Of a stretch of DNA of 64,000 bases, positions 50,156 through 63,760 are shown piece by piece. Each line of letters opens with the position of its first letter. The stretch's first letter is position 1. The notes under the pieces were generated by a model, which was not told the DNA's origin, did not search any database, and saw only the letters and a program-made list of their open reading frames with translations. The translations under genes were made by a program, and so were the position numbers. Source of the DNA: Camelus ferus (lineage: Eukaryota). The stretch is taken from assembly GCF_009834535.1 (NCBI RefSeq), contig NC_045707.1:46874001-46938000 (forward strand), written 5' to 3'.

Positions 50156-50199
50156 TCATCATTCATTTGAAAAGTGTCAACTTTATATTTTAAAAAGTT

Positions 50200-50470
50200 A
50201 ATAATTCCTTCCCTGAGATTCTGAAATCATAAAACACTTGAAAACAAAGAACTTTCTGGGTTTTTTTAAAGTTTGGTACCAAAATTAGTGTGGTGGCAAA
50301 GCCTTACCTGAAGTAATGTTGATGCTATTTCTAGTCTTTATTCCATTTAGTTTCACTATTAGTCAGTTTTGCTGTGGAAATAAACACGAATTTGACTATG
50401 AGATGTTAAAAACCCTGTATTTTGAAACATGTCTGGTCCCAAATGTTTCAAATAAGGTATTCGGATTTGT
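50200..50470. mobile_element. Second, more decayed MER46C-like Tigger MITE
   Basis: Colinear with 34006-34371 (CTGAAATC...GGTGGCAAAGCCTTACCTGAA...CTGGTCCCAAATGTTTCAAATAAGG). Confidence 0.65.
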
Positions 50471-53400
50471 ACCAGGCTTCCATATATATACTTATGTCTG
50501 CTTTCAGACTAATTCTAATTTCCCTTTTATTCTGTTAACATGATAAATTACATTGACTTCCAAATGCTACACCAATCTTGAATTTCTGGGATAAACTCCA
50601 TTTTGTATTGATATATTAGCCTTTTTCCATTTTGCTAGATTCAACTTGTTAATATTTTGTCAAGCATTTTTACATCTATATTAATGAAGTCTATAGTTTT
50701 TCCTTATAATGTCTTCATCAAGTTTTGGTATCCAGGTTATACTGGCTTCTATTTTATATGCTATTTTATTTTTATTTACTATATTTTATTATGTCTTTTT
50801 ATTTGATGAGACAAAATCTCCCCTTTTTTCACTCTTCATTAGTCTGAAACAATATTATTCTGAAATTATTTTATCAAGTTCCACAAAATAATCATCCCAT
50901 TGCAAGTTTTGTTGGAATAGCATTAAATTTCAGACTAATGTGAACAGAAGTGATGTTGCTACATTTGCTATATTAACTTCTCACCAATACATATGCTACA
51001 TTTCTCTATTTATTCAAGTATTCTTTAATGTGCCTCAGTTAAATTTAGAAGTCTTTTTCATATAAATCCTGTCCAATTCTTATTAAGCTTGTTTCGACGT
51101 ATTTCATAGTCACCTTTATTTCTCAACTCTATTCATATCTATGCTACTATGTTTCATTAGTCTGAGTACCAACTGAGGATAATAAGTATAATTTCTGATA
51201 TAATTTCTTCCTTGGACAAGATAGAGTATCATGTGGAGTTGAACATAATTATTTTATTTATTTAACAAACATATTGAACACATAGTATGTACAGGCACTT
51301 CATATTAAAACAATGATACGATACCATCCCTGTCTTCAAGGGTTCACAGTCTAGAGGAGATAAAAAAGGAAACAGACAAGTATAATATAGCATGGTAAAT
51401 TCTGTGTTAGAAGAAAGCCCAGGAGAACGACACAAAGTCCTCCTCCAGGAGTAGAGAGTATTGTCAGGAAAAGCTTCATAAATAAAGAACTGACCCCAAC
51501 CCCTAAGGTGGGTCCCAATTTCTCCCTTGAACATGCCCGGCAATGAGTAGGCACATGTAGAGACTGCATTAAGTCCTCCAGCCCTGACAAATACCATTCG
51601 TACAGAGCTGGGCGTGCCCTGTCTTCCTTGTCAGAACAAGGCAGCAAATCCTGTCCACTTGCTGGCTTCTCCTGCTGGCTCAGCTGTCCTGACTGCCTGT
51701 CGCTGAGCTGGGGACTGGACACTGTGGGTCAAGGAACCATGCTTCCAATACCCTCTCTCCTCAATAACCTCATGAGAAGGCCATCAGTGTCAAGTTGAGT
51801 CATCACAGCTTCGGTTACTAATGGGCCTGGCTCTAGACTTCTGAAAGCCCATAAAGTGCTACCACTTGCTTCTCCACAGGAACATTATGTTCTGGGAGAA
51901 AATGGTTCCATTTCATGCCTAAAATGGTAACAAAGCAAATGAAAGCAAAATTGCTGTATGTCTCCTGGATAGTGACAGGTTCTGGTATCCAAATAAGCAG
52001 ACCTAGGAAAGCTCAGAGATTCTCTGCTTGGAGGACAATTTACTCGCCCTTTTCAGCTCAGCGTGCGCTGTGGAACCATCGCACAACTACCAAGGCCTTT
52101 GCAGAGTGACCACACTGTGTGTGGATGAAGGGGGCAAGAATACACAGTCACTTGTGCTATCCTGAAGAGACCCCAGGGATCTGTCCAGTTATTCAAAAAC
52201 ACATCTGGAAAGAATTCACCTGTCTTGAACCCTGCTTGCTCAACAGCAAAACAAGTGAAAGCACCACAAAACGCTCAATCATAGTGATCTTTTCAATTGC
52301 TGAGGCTGAAAGTTTTCCCACCTGAGCACCATGAATGAGACAAATTGCGTAATAGGATAATAAGAGTTGTTGCTGAAAGATGCAATCACAAAATAAAAGG
52401 ACGTTTCAAAATCTGAGTATGGTTGGTAATTATCCAGGAATGAAATATAAAGAAGAGCAATTCCAAGGTTCCTACTTCTTCATGTTATCATGAAACTGAG
52501 ACGGCCAAATGCCAAAGATTACTCTTTCAGTTACAAAAGACCTTCCTATGTCTTTGGCAACAGCTCTACTCCTTTCTGTTAACTAGTGTACTGTAGTACG
52601 CTGTATTATCAGTCTAATCTCAAATGCCACAATTCACAAAGTTGCTACTTGTTCGTTCCTGCTATGAAAACCAAACTTCTACCTGGTAAGATACACAGCA
52701 GAAAAGAATAGGGAAGAATAATAACCTGTAGTTCTTTATTGTCATGGCATGTATTTATTTCTCTCAGTAAGATTTTTGCCTGGTAAGAAAGGTTCCCCTC
52801 CAAAAGAGTACTAGTAGAACTTGTTACCAAATACAAAAAGCAAGACCTGAGAAAAATCAAACATGTAGTTAAACGGAAAAAAAAAACATTGATTGTCCCA
52901 AATAAATAATACATGGTCTCAAATAAATATGCCTAACAAAATTGAGAGAGTTATTAAATAGCTAAACTATTTACTTGTTGCCAGTTCCAGAACATTAACC
53001 ACAAAAACAATTAGAGCTGCAGATTTTGCAAACATTCGGAATAACTCAAGCTCTCCTGCGTCGCAGGTCTCGGAGTCAGCTGTGGGTTTAAATAACTGCA
53101 CTATGATGTTTTAGCATCCAAACCTTGGAAAAGGTCATCTCTCTGAGCTTCCTTCTCTGCAAAATGGGGGAAATACCTACCTTGTACGGAGAGGATTAAG
53201 AAAGAAGTATACATAAACCCCAACAATGGACAGACGGGGGAGGCATTCCACACCAAGCTAGTTTCCTATTCCAATTCACTGCCCACTATATGGTCAAAAT
53301 AAGTGTCCCCAGCTTCTCAACCCACAATGGACCCTTACTATTTAATGTATCAAATTCCTTCCACTACAGCATACCAATCTCATTTTGCCTCACAATACTC

Positions 53401-54322
53401 CACAAGTCAATTCTCCTCTTCAGCAAACATTGAATTTCTTATATATTTCCAACTTTCCATTTTCATGCTCTTATGAATACCGTCACATCACCACCCACCA
53501 CCATCATTTCCAAAACTAGTTTACAGTGAGAAATCTGTTGCAAGAAATGGGGCAGGCTATGTGGGAGAAGTAGTGGCTTGAGTGTTTAAAGGAGGTAGTG
53601 GCATCTGGTTCAATTTTTCATTTTCTTAATCAATCAATAATATTTTTTCTTCAAAGCAGAACTGTTTGATAATATGCAACAGCATATCTAAGGAGTATGT
53701 GCAGCAGCTGGTGACAATCTGATACTCAGCTGAACATGGCCAGTAATCACGATGGCTTAAAATTGTTTTATTCTTCAACATATATTATTCCACTGATACC
53801 TATAATGGGCTACTGGTTTAAAAAGAGAAGCACAGGGAAGGTACACTGATAGGGAAAACAAGAAGTTAATGGGGCGATGAACATAAAAACTCTTAAGGTT
53901 GTTCCTTACCATATATTCATCTACTCAAAATTCCTTTGCAGTAAAACAGAATGTCCATACCCACATTAAAAAGATCCAAGATAGTGATAGTTATATCCAA
54001 TGTGCCCTATCATTTTGGGGGGATATGCTCTCCTTGCTAAAGAAGTTAGAGAGGTGGAAGGGGCCAAGTGAGAAGTCCTAATCCTACCCTACAAATAATC
54101 TATGTAAGAATCAAAGGCACAAATGTTGGTCCCTCAGTTTTCTCATCTCTAAAAAGGAGTTGTTTAATAAAACTCAACCTAGGCAAAAAATCATCGGTGG
54201 TAACTAAAACCACCTGGTGAAAGAATTTTGAAACTAAAAAGAGGGGACTTGGATATCTCTTGACTCCAAATCACTTGAATCTGACTTTGGAATGGCACCC
54301 TCAGTCACACCTGAGACTATCC

Positions 54323-54804
54323 TGTGGTGGACCCTGCTCTTGGGGCTAATATAACTGCCATTCCCAACCTCCTCCCCCGTACTGTCTCCATTCTAGGGGC
54401 CAGAAGAACAAACATTCATTTTGCAGCCTCCCTTGCAGCAAGGTGTGGTCATATGACAGTTTTAGCCACTGAAACAAAAGAGGAAGTGTGCTGGGATTCC
54501 TGGAAAGACCACTACTTTTCCCGATAAAAGTAACAGATGCATCAGGAGCTGCCCCTTCCCCTGTCTTCCAGCCTTGCAGATGCACTGTTGGTAGCTGCAA
54601 ACATCATGCTACCATAAGGATAAGAAAACCCAAGAGAAGAGAGGAGACCTGATGCCTCTGAGCAACAAACCAATGCCAGAAGCAGCTGACCTCCAGACTT
54701 CTCCTTATATGATTAAGTAAGTCTCTACTTATTTTGCCATTGTCAGTTTCGTGGGTTTTGTTTGTTTATTTCACTTGCTGGCCAGTACATTCCTAACAGA
54801 TTCA
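54323..54804 (+). mobile_element. MLT1 (H/I/J-like) MaLR solo LTR
   Basis: TGTGGTGG start, CATTTTGCAGCCTCCCTTGCAG, ACCTCCAGACTTCT, CATTCCTAAC...CA end. Confidence 0.8.
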
Positions 54805-55331
54805 CTATGCTTAGAGAACCAAACATTTTTCCACAACCAGGAAAGCAAAGCTCCTCAACTAAAAAAACATTCATGAAAGGAAAAGGATACAAAGAAAGAA
54901 GTAAACTTTCTTCTCTTCTCCTGCCCACAGAATCCATTTATTTCATTTTTCTATAGAACCATCCCTCTGCCTGATTTCATTTCAGGATCAGAATCTCAGG
55001 CTTGGAAGGAGAATTAATTTTAACTACCTGAACTCTCTGAATAACCCATTTAGCAGCTATCTAGCCTCTGCCATGCATAATGATGAGGGATTCACTACCT
55101 CTAGAAGGAGCCCATATTGTATTTGGACATCTGTTTTAGAGAGGTCTTTTTTATATTAACCTGACATTTCTATTCATCTGTCTTCCTTCCACCTTCTGAG
55201 AAATACAGTACAGAGAGAATCTCTTTTATGAATGAGAGCCGTCCAGATGGCTGAAGGTAGCTGTCATACCACCTCACCCTCACATCAATTCCTTCAACCT
55301 TTCCTCCCAAGAGAGGCAACAGGTTCTAACG

Positions 55332-55632
55332 CAGCACTATCCAATAATGCAAGCCACACGAGTAATTTCAAATTTTCGAGTGACCTAGCAGCCACATTTA
55401 AAAAAAGAAAAATGAGGTGAAATTAATTTTAATAATATATTTAGGCAACCCAATATACCAAAAATATTATTTTGCAGATACTCAAAATAATTATGAAATA
55501 TCTTACACTATTTTTTGAACTAAGTCTTTGGAATCCAGTATGCATTTTCCACTTCAGGACACACAATTTGGAGCAGTCACATTTCGCCTGTTCAATGGCC
55601 ACATGTGGTCGAGGCTGCCGTATAGGATAGGG
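55332..55632. mobile_element. MER33-like hAT-Charlie MITE
   Basis: CAGCACTATCCAATA...AGCCACATTTAAAAAAAG...GGTGAAATTAATTTTAATAATATATTT...CAATGGCCACATGTGG. Confidence 0.8.
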
Positions 55633-56469
55633 TGGGTCTGATGGAGGAACAGGTGCTATTTTCCGTAGATGGACAAGTACTGTTTGGTTAATCAGATAAA
55701 TTGTCAAAATATCATAGGGCCAAGTTTCTTGACTTAGAACACTGCACAGACCTCTTTTAAAGGAGTGGGAAGGGGAATTAGCTCTCATGGACCTCTGAGA
55801 CTGAAGTCCTTGAACTTCCAGGGTCAATGTTCCCCAACTGAGAAACTGTGTTCTAAAGTGGCTTTTTCCCCCTGGCTTATCTTCAAAATAATAACATGAA
55901 AAAAAAAAAAAAAAAGGATTCTATAGCATACAGTATTTGAGGAGCTCAGATCCCAGTCTGAAAATACCCCAGGAACAGAATCACGAGGTCTTTATTCTCA
56001 TCTCGATTCTGACACCAAACTAAGTGGTGACCTGAAAAAAACTCATTTATTTTTCCAGGCCTCTTTTCTCTGAGGGCGCCCCACTTTCCCCCAAACAACA
56101 GTGTGCTAAACATTCACAAACCATCCTTTTAACAGTCCATTCTAGAACTCTGCCTACAAGTAGCATAAAGCCCCCTCTTGGCCTATGGTTTTTGAACCCA
56201 CATTCCTCACTATTGAAAATCAGGATTGCATTCACCTAACCTTCATAATTCTGACATCTTTACACTCTTCAAAATTCCATAAAAGTAAAACAATAATTAA
56301 TTATCCCCAAGTTCTTTCAGTGTCCTGGAATACAATTCTTCTGGATCAGAAATCTTACACTCATTTTGAGCAACTAAATGATCTCTTACAAGCCACTCAA
56401 CTTTCTTAAGCTTTAATTTCTTGTTACCACAGATTTTACTGGCCTGTTCAGGATGACCATTCTGCCTTT

Positions 56470-57275
56470 CACTTATTCATTTTATAAGTACATGTTGAAG
56501 ATCTACTGTAGATGCCAACATGATGGGAATACAGATAGGACAAGAATAAGACAGCACAATTTCTCTGAGCTTCTGCAAGAATACAGCAGCCAGAGCTGGA
56601 AATCTAGTGATGGATGAAAGACAATAAACAAGCAAATAAATAAGCAGGACAGCTTCAGGTAGTGAAGAGTGATATAATAATACACCTAACGTTTGACAGC
56701 ATATCATGCCAGATACCCTTTTAAATATTAACTAATTTAATCCTCATAACTCTATGAAGTATGCTCTATTATTATCAACCCCATTTTAAATATGGGAAAA
56801 TTGAGAAATAGGTTCAGTGCTAGAAAAAACAGAACAGAGAAACTGTGAGGGAGAGTGCCTGGTGTACTGCTAGTCTGGGAGTCAGGACAGGTCTCTCTGA
56901 GGTCATCTGGACCCAGCCTTAAATGAAAAGACAGTCATACAGGGATTGAGGGGAAGAGTGTTCCAGAGACAGGGGACAGCAGGTGCAAAGGCCCTAAGAT
57001 GGGATGAACCTGTGGGGCTCCAGAGACAGAAAAATAAAATGTATCTGAAACATAAAGAGGAAGGGAAGAGTGCTAGGAGGGGAAGTTGAAGAGGTGGGAA
57101 CAGAAGCCAATTTATGATGTCTGTGTATTTTCTTATAAGTACAATGGAAACCCACTGGGGTATTTTAAGCTGGAGAATAACATGATCTGATTTACATTTT
57201 TTAAAGATCTCTGGTTGCTGTGTGGGAAATGAATTGGAGGAAGCAAGAACGGAATCAGAGAAACCAGTTAGGACA
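56470..57275 (-). mobile_element. L2 LINE with a nested MIR (~56690-56820)
   Basis: GGTGCAAAGGCCCTAAG...ACATGATCTGATTTACATTTTTTAAAGATCTCTGGTTGCTG. Confidence 0.75.
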
Positions 57276-57746
57276 GAGAAGATGGAAGCCAAATGGCAGT
57301 TGAGTAATTCAAGTTTCCCTCCTCCGTTTGTTAACATTATGACATCAGGCCAGAGCAACAGGCTTGTTTCCTTTTGCTTTGTGGCCTATGCTCACCTACC
57401 CTGCTGCTGAAGTCACTTGCTCTAGGTTACACTGAGAACCAGAGGACGAGTCGAGGACTACCCTTCAGATCTTTTGGCTTCTGATTCCAACCTCCATTCA
57501 GACTAAGAGAACAGGTACAACACAATACAAATGGCAAGAGAGTGGAAAACAAGGGCAACACAGACCATGATCATCTTCAGCTGCTACTCAATTATGCCCA
57601 GAATGTTCACAGCACTTCTCTCTATAAACAATTCAAAACCAAAGGGTTCAAATAATACTCAGAGGCCTGGGACTTACTAATAATGTCCTACTTCTCATTG
57701 AAAAGATAATGCTAATAAATATCTAAGCATGCTAATGTGCATTGTC

Positions 57747-58622
57747 TGTGAACACTGCCATTAATAATTCCCCCCATCCCAATGACTAGATGGAGCACAA
57801 AGGATTTTTAGGGCAATTAAATTATTCTATATGATAATATAGTGGTGGCTACATGTCATTATGCATTTGTCAAAACCCATAGAATGTACAACATTAAGAC
57901 TGAACCCTAATGTAAACTATGGACTTTGGTTGATAATGTGTCCATGTTGGTTCATCGATTGTACCAAAGGTGCCACACTGATGAAGGATGTTGAGGGTAG
58001 GGGAGTATATATGTATGAGTGGGAAGGGCTATGTGCAAACTCTGTATTTTCTGCTCAATTCTGCTATAAACCTGAAACTGCTCTAAAAAATGGTCTATTA
58101 ATAAAAAAAGAAAAAAATTCCTCCCATCCCTGTATATGCATGCTACCCATCACATCAAGAAACAGAGTTTACTTCTCCTCCCTCTAAATTTGGGCTGGCC
58201 TATGACTCACTTTGAGGAACAAAATGTGATGGAAGTGATGCTGTGCCAGTTCCAGATCTAGGGCTCAAGAAAAGACGCAGCTTCCACATTCACACACACT
58301 TGGAATCCAGCCACCAAGCCATAAGGAGGCCAGTCTAGATACCGGAGGAAATGAGGCCTCACTGAGGAAAACAAAGGTGTTCCTGTCTACAGCCAATACA
58401 CAACATGTGAGTAAGCTGCCTTGGCCATTTCAGTCCCACTCAAGCTCTGAAACCAAATGGATGTGCTGTATTGATGACACTAGCCACTACCACGTGGAAC
58501 AAAACAACCACTCATGTGAACCTGGCCAACCCACAAAATTGTGAGAAATAATAAACTGTTGCTATTTAAAGCCACTACATTTTAGGGCCGCATGTTATAT
58601 TCAGTAAGAGATAACTGAAATA
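57747..58622 (+). mobile_element. MLT1 MaLR solo LTR split by an L1 fragment
   Basis: GGGCTGGCCTATGACTCACTTTG...GGAAGTGATGCTGTGCCAGTTCCAG...GTGAGAAATAATAAACTGTTGCTATTTAAAGCCACTA. Confidence 0.8.
57781..58115 (+). mobile_element. L1MC-like 3' end
   Basis: CATTTGTCAAAACCCATAGAATGTACAAC...GAACCCTAATGTAAACTATGGACTTTGG; 15-bp TSD AATTCC(C/T)CCCATCCC (57766-57780 / 58116-58130). Confidence 0.88.
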
Positions 58623-59439
58623 AAATGTGTACACTCTTGATTCTACAGGCCCTTTACAAATCATGAATGCAATCTGAGGAAGCTAAACAGATCAAATCAA
58701 CCAGAAAAATCCATGGATGAAGAAACCGCAGTATTGCTTCATTTCCTTGGGAATTTAGCGTTGCCTCTCCTGATTTCTTGGCATATCTATTCGCTTCACT
58801 TTAGAAGCTAAAGTACTCTGACTTCTCATATCCAATTAAATTTAACACCTTTTTATGAAGAATCTCTTATGTACTATATGGATAAATAAAAGATGAACTA
58901 GACCCAGGCTCTGGTCTCTAAGGGTTTATATTCAAATGAAAGACATACATGTACTCAAATACTTCCAACTGAAGTAGACTGTCTTTATGTGATAATCAAA
59001 TCATGTAAATATTAAGTACAATGGAGGAAATGGACCATTCGTGTGGAATTTCAATAGGTCAAGACAAAATACAGGATATTCCAGACAGAAATATGAACAG
59101 GAGTAAAGACAAAGAAGTGGTATAAAACAGAGTATTTTTCAAGAATGGCAAGTTCTCCTACAACTGCGACCAAGTATGACCCAGCCATTCTAGTCCAAAT
59201 GAATCACTCCCTATGCAAGCCCTATTATAGTCTTTATCACACAGAGCTAAGAAGAGGGTGGTATGAAGGAATCAGGTTTGTAAAATGAGGACCCCTGATG
59301 TCAGGGTATTGAAACAGATGATCTATGAATGTATCATGTATACTTTCGTTTCTCTTTCATTCTACCTCGCAGGCAGCCAACACCATCATCTGTCCTCTAC
59401 TTTGCTAAATCCTTCCCTTGTTTCAAGGTTCTACATTTA

Positions 59440-59865
59440 CTTACTCATTTATTCATTCAACCATTTTTTATTGGGCACCAGCTATTTGTCAGGCACTGTT
59501 CTAGGTGTTGCCTATACAATAATGAATGAGGCGGACGATGGCCCAGCCCTAATGGAGATGCAGTAATGAAGGGTAGAGAGTAGACAGGCAGTTAATCAGG
59601 GAAGGCTTGAGGAGAGCACGTTTGACCAGAACTGATTGGAGTGAGAAAGGAAGTCAGGGGAATATCTGGGGAAAGAGTATTCCAGACAGAGGAGTGAGCA
59701 AATGCAAAGGTCCTGAAATGTCTGCATATTCAAGGAAGGAGGCCGGTGAGTGAGGAAAAGAGTAAGAAAAGGAGATGAGAGGAAGCAGGGATCCACGTCA
59801 CATAGGGACTCGCAGGTAATGGCTGACACTTTGGATTTCATGCTTTCAGTGTGATGGGGAGCCTG
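59440..59865 (-). mobile_element. L2 LINE 3' fragment
   Basis: ATTCATTCAACC...GTCAGGCACTGTTCTAGGTG...GCAAATGCAAAGGTCCTGA. Confidence 0.8.
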
Positions 59866-60414
59866 TGTCCTTACACCCTTCCCCAACCCCAAAAGCCGCT
59901 ACTGATCACTTCTCCTTCTTGTGCACATATCACCTGTACTTTTGTTTGCAACTCAGTCTAGATTCCATGGATTTTACCTCTTATGCATCAGTCCTATTTT
60001 CTCAACTATGTCTCAAGGGCAAGATTTCTGTCATATTCTTCTCTGCATTCCCAGGGCCTGGCACCCGGTGGTGCTCAACACATCACTTTGGAAGGTGATA
60101 ATGATGATGTAATGCCTTAGAGTCATTTCCAGCTGTAAGATCTATGATTCCTTTGAACTCTCTTGACAAACTAGTTTGCACAATGACTCAGAGGACTGAC
60201 ATCTTCCTAGATATTATGAGATTACAGTCATGCCACTTTTAGAGCTTATATCCATAAAATGACTGGGATGAATTACATCAGAGTTTTATTTAAATGAAGA
60301 CTGCACCACTTGGAATAGGGTCCCAATACATGGAACTACTTATTAGTATTTGTACTTTAAGCCACTTGAACCTTAGGAGAGGCATAAATTGCTATTAAAG
60401 AAATGCTATCCTGA

Positions 60415-60930
60415 TGTGACCCCAACATCAGCCACTAAACTGGCTTCAAATTCTTTGCTTCTTCTCCCATTGAAAAGTGGAGGATAATTCCCCTCTTTGA
60501 GTCTGGGTTGATCTTAGTGACTTACTTGACAAATAAAATGCAGAGGAAGCGGTATTTTGGGACTTATGTGGCTAAGTCGTAAGAAGCTTTGAACCTTAAA
60601 GTTTCCACTCACACCTTTTGGAAAAGCTCCCTCTAAAAACCTAGCTGCCATTCTGGGAGTAACCCAAGCACATGAAGAACCACGCTGCAGTGCTCAGACC
60701 AAGAGCCCCAGCTGAGCCTCCTGCCAAGAGCAAGCATCAACTCTCAGGCCTCCCAGCCCAGGCACCAGACATCTTAGAAGCAGATCCTCCAGCCCTAGTC
60801 ACTTCAACTGACAGCATACAGATCAGAGACAAACCACTCAGCTGAACCCTTTCTGAATCCCCAACCTGCAAACTAAAATGGTTGTTTGAATCAGCCAAGT
60901 TTGGAGGTAGTTTGTTCCATAGCAATAGAT
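60415..60930 (+). mobile_element. MLT1F/G-like MaLR solo LTR
   Basis: CTTCTCCCATTGAAAAGTGGAG...TTGAGTCTGGG...CCCCAGCTGAGC...CCAAGTTTGGAGGTAGTTTGTTCCATAGCAATAGAT. Confidence 0.82.
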
Positions 60931-62969
60931 TTTTTTATATATTAAAAAAAAAAAAAAACAAGAATCATCATGGAACATCACTACTCACAGAGTGCCTCTC
61001 CCCCTATCACTAAAAAAAAAATGACAGATACACACAGTCCAAGGTCTGTCCTATACCCAGTGACTGCTCTGCTCAGAGATTCAATTCATAGGACATGAGG
61101 AAGACAAATTAGGTGACTTTGAATGAGTACCCTGAATCAATCTTACTAATAAGATTGCAGGCCAACAAAAGTCGCCTGAAAGTTATCCAATGCAAAAGCC
61201 ATAACATACGTTTGGCTTATACAGGTCACAGAACTATGCTTTTGGGCAAATTACACATATTACAAATTCAGTCAGTCATCCTGCAGATAAGAAAACAATT
61301 TATTACACTACTTAAAAAGCATGGATGAGATTTAAAACAGAAATGGAAAGTACAATTCTATCATAAGGAAAAAAAGATCCAACTTCTAAGCAATGATTGC
61401 ATGCAATACTGAGAATTTGTGAAAATTACTCTCAGTCAGGTGCTACCAGAATAGACAACGTTCAATTGCAAATGGTCCTCTCCTTTAAAACATCCTTTCA
61501 TTTGTACAAAAAAGTTCTATTATGAAAACAAAAGCTCCTCAAAAAGGAGCATGCATTTTTACTCCCATCAGTATGAATATCACTTCTCCCCAAAAGCAGT
61601 CATTTCAGATCCTGTAAGTGACAGGCTTCTGGGAAAGCAGCCTGCTCATTTAATACCTCTCGGACTGCTCCCTCTCCCCCACTACCTTCTTCAGGTCGTG
61701 TTTGGCTCTCCAAAAAAATATAGAACCATTAAGAGGACCTAAGGAGGGGGCAGGGGGTATCACAAAAAGAACAAATTTTAGTAGTAAATGATTCAGAGCA
61801 TCAATTTTTCACATAAATTACTACTTTGAAATATGTAATCATATTCCATCACTCACATTTTTCATAATATAAATTCACTCACCATTAATACACACCGTTT
61901 TAAAAAATCAACATAAGAAAATGACTTCTCAAGTAAACACCCTATAAGCTATGGGCATAACAATGTGAAAACAGCAAAATGCTTTTAAGATATCATCTTC
62001 CATATTTATATGCACATATTTTCTTGGAAATTAATTCATTTGCAATAACAACAATAAAATCATAACAAAAGGAACCAAGATGTCAATATTTACATCACTG
62101 GAAGCTATATGGGTGCATACATTTTTCAAAAGAGAACTCCAGAATTTAATTAGAGAAAATGTATTAACCTTTGATAAGAATATTTAATGAAAGACTAACG
62201 ATTTCTCTCAGAAACCACTCCTTCAGCAGGAGTAAATCATTAACTCAGCATAACACGTCTGAAAACATGCATTTATATTCCTACACTGCGCTACATTTCT
62301 AAAACTGCTTAAAAGGCACAAGTGGCTGGTAACACCATCAAAAGTAAATATAGTGACATTTAGGTCATGTGGCTCTGATAATAAAATGAAAGTTAAACAG
62401 GAATTTAAAAAATGAAGCAGAAGACATAAATTGTATTTTTTTCATTTAAATCAGACCATGAGCAGCTCCGTGTCTCCTAGCTCTGGGAGCCATTACTTAC
62501 ATGTTAAACTCAAAAGAAAAGGGATATGTTCGCCTAAATTAAGTAATAAAAGCAAGTCTGGCCAAGTGTCAAACCACATGGTACTAAGTTTCTTGCACAT
62601 TCTGTATGAAAACAATGGTCTTCTCTAATGCAAAAGCTTAGCTGATGGGGGATATGAACAAAGTAGTTCACCTTTACCACTTCAAAGCTCTAAGGTGTTC
62701 TGTCTGATGTGTTCAGGCAGACACCTGTCACCAGAGTACAGAGACCTTATCTTTCCCATCTAAAATGATCCTGCCTCAGGAAAAGACCTGTTACTAATAC
62801 ATGGGTACATAAAAGGAAATCTGTAGTATATAGGAATTTAATCATAACGTTCTTAAGAGTCCTAAATATGGAAAAATTTAATAATCTTAAACATCAAATT
62901 ATTTTATTAGATTAAGTGATTTTTTTCAATTTCATAAACCTCTGTGATTACCTGGTACATGAATGCATC

Positions 62970-63760
62970 TACTCAAAAAATAATTATTGATGTCTTCTAT
63001 GGCACTGTCCTAGGTTCTGGGATGCAGGGAGAACCAGACAGTTTCAGAAGCCTTACTACTCAAGGAGCTTACAGTCTAAGGAAGGGTAACTCACTAGTCA
63101 AGTAAAAACAAGTCCAGTCAAGTGCAGAAGATAGTTTCAGATTATGTTAAATGCTATAGAGGCTATAAAACAGGATGATATGAAGGAAAGTGACTTGGGA
63201 GGTGTCTAATTTGCACAGACCAGGTAGGCGTCACTGAAGAGGCCAGATACCTAAATTACTAGAAGGAGCTAATTATCAGAGCAAAACTAGGAGTAGGGCA
63301 CACCTGACTGAGGGAAGAGCTGGACAAAGGCCACAAGTAGGCCTGCCGCGGCTGACCCAAGAGGTAACGGAGGCCTGTGTGGCTGGAGCACAGTGAGAGG
63401 GAGGGAGAATATGGGTGGGGTGGGAGCAGCAGATCACAGGGGCCCCGTGGCACTGGTGAGGAGCTCCGATCGTATTCTTGGGGCAATGGGAAGCCACTGG
63501 AGAGGGGTTATGCAGAGGCACAACATAATCTGGTTTGTATTTTTGAAAGATAGTTCTGGCTGCTGTGTTGATAATGGATTGTACAGGGAATACATGTGGA
63601 GGCCATTGCAGTAATCTTGGCAAAGGAAGATTAGTAGACAGATTTGGGGAGTATTTCAGAAGGCTTGCTAATGAAGTAGATGTTGGGGAGGAGGGCTAGT
63701 GCAGCAAAAGATGAGAGCAAGGATAAATCCTAGGTTTGGGCAGGAACCACAAGAAATCAA
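62970..63760 (-). mobile_element. L2 LINE 3' portion
   Basis: GGCACTGTCCTAGGTTCTGGGATGCAG...CTCAAGGAGCTTACAGTCTA...GCAATGGGAAGCCACTGGAGAG...TTTGAAAGATAGTTCTGGCTGCTG. Confidence 0.82.

Larger units (their letters stand above)
48770..51130 (-). mobile_element. Ancient L1 (L1ME/L1M-like), fragmented, hosting a MIR (~49330-49545), the tRNA fragment and a MITE
   Basis: TAAATTCCTAGAAGTAG...TTGCCAAACTGCCTTCCAGA...CACTCCCACCAGCAA...TTTCCCCACACCTTG, plus ORF2-like CTGGGATAAACTCCA. Confidence 0.75.

Noticed and set aside
62693..62726. Small hairpin AGGTG-T-TCTGTCTGA / TCAGGCAGA-CACCT
   Set aside because: A stem of about 14 bp with a bulge and a G-T pair is too short for a pre-miRNA and has no other support.
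45576..63623. Assorted 100-170 aa ORFs (45576-46085, 56903-57358, 57861-58187, 63276-63623)
   Set aside because: They lie in decayed L2/L1 repeats, several have non-ATG starts, and none has a recognisable domain.
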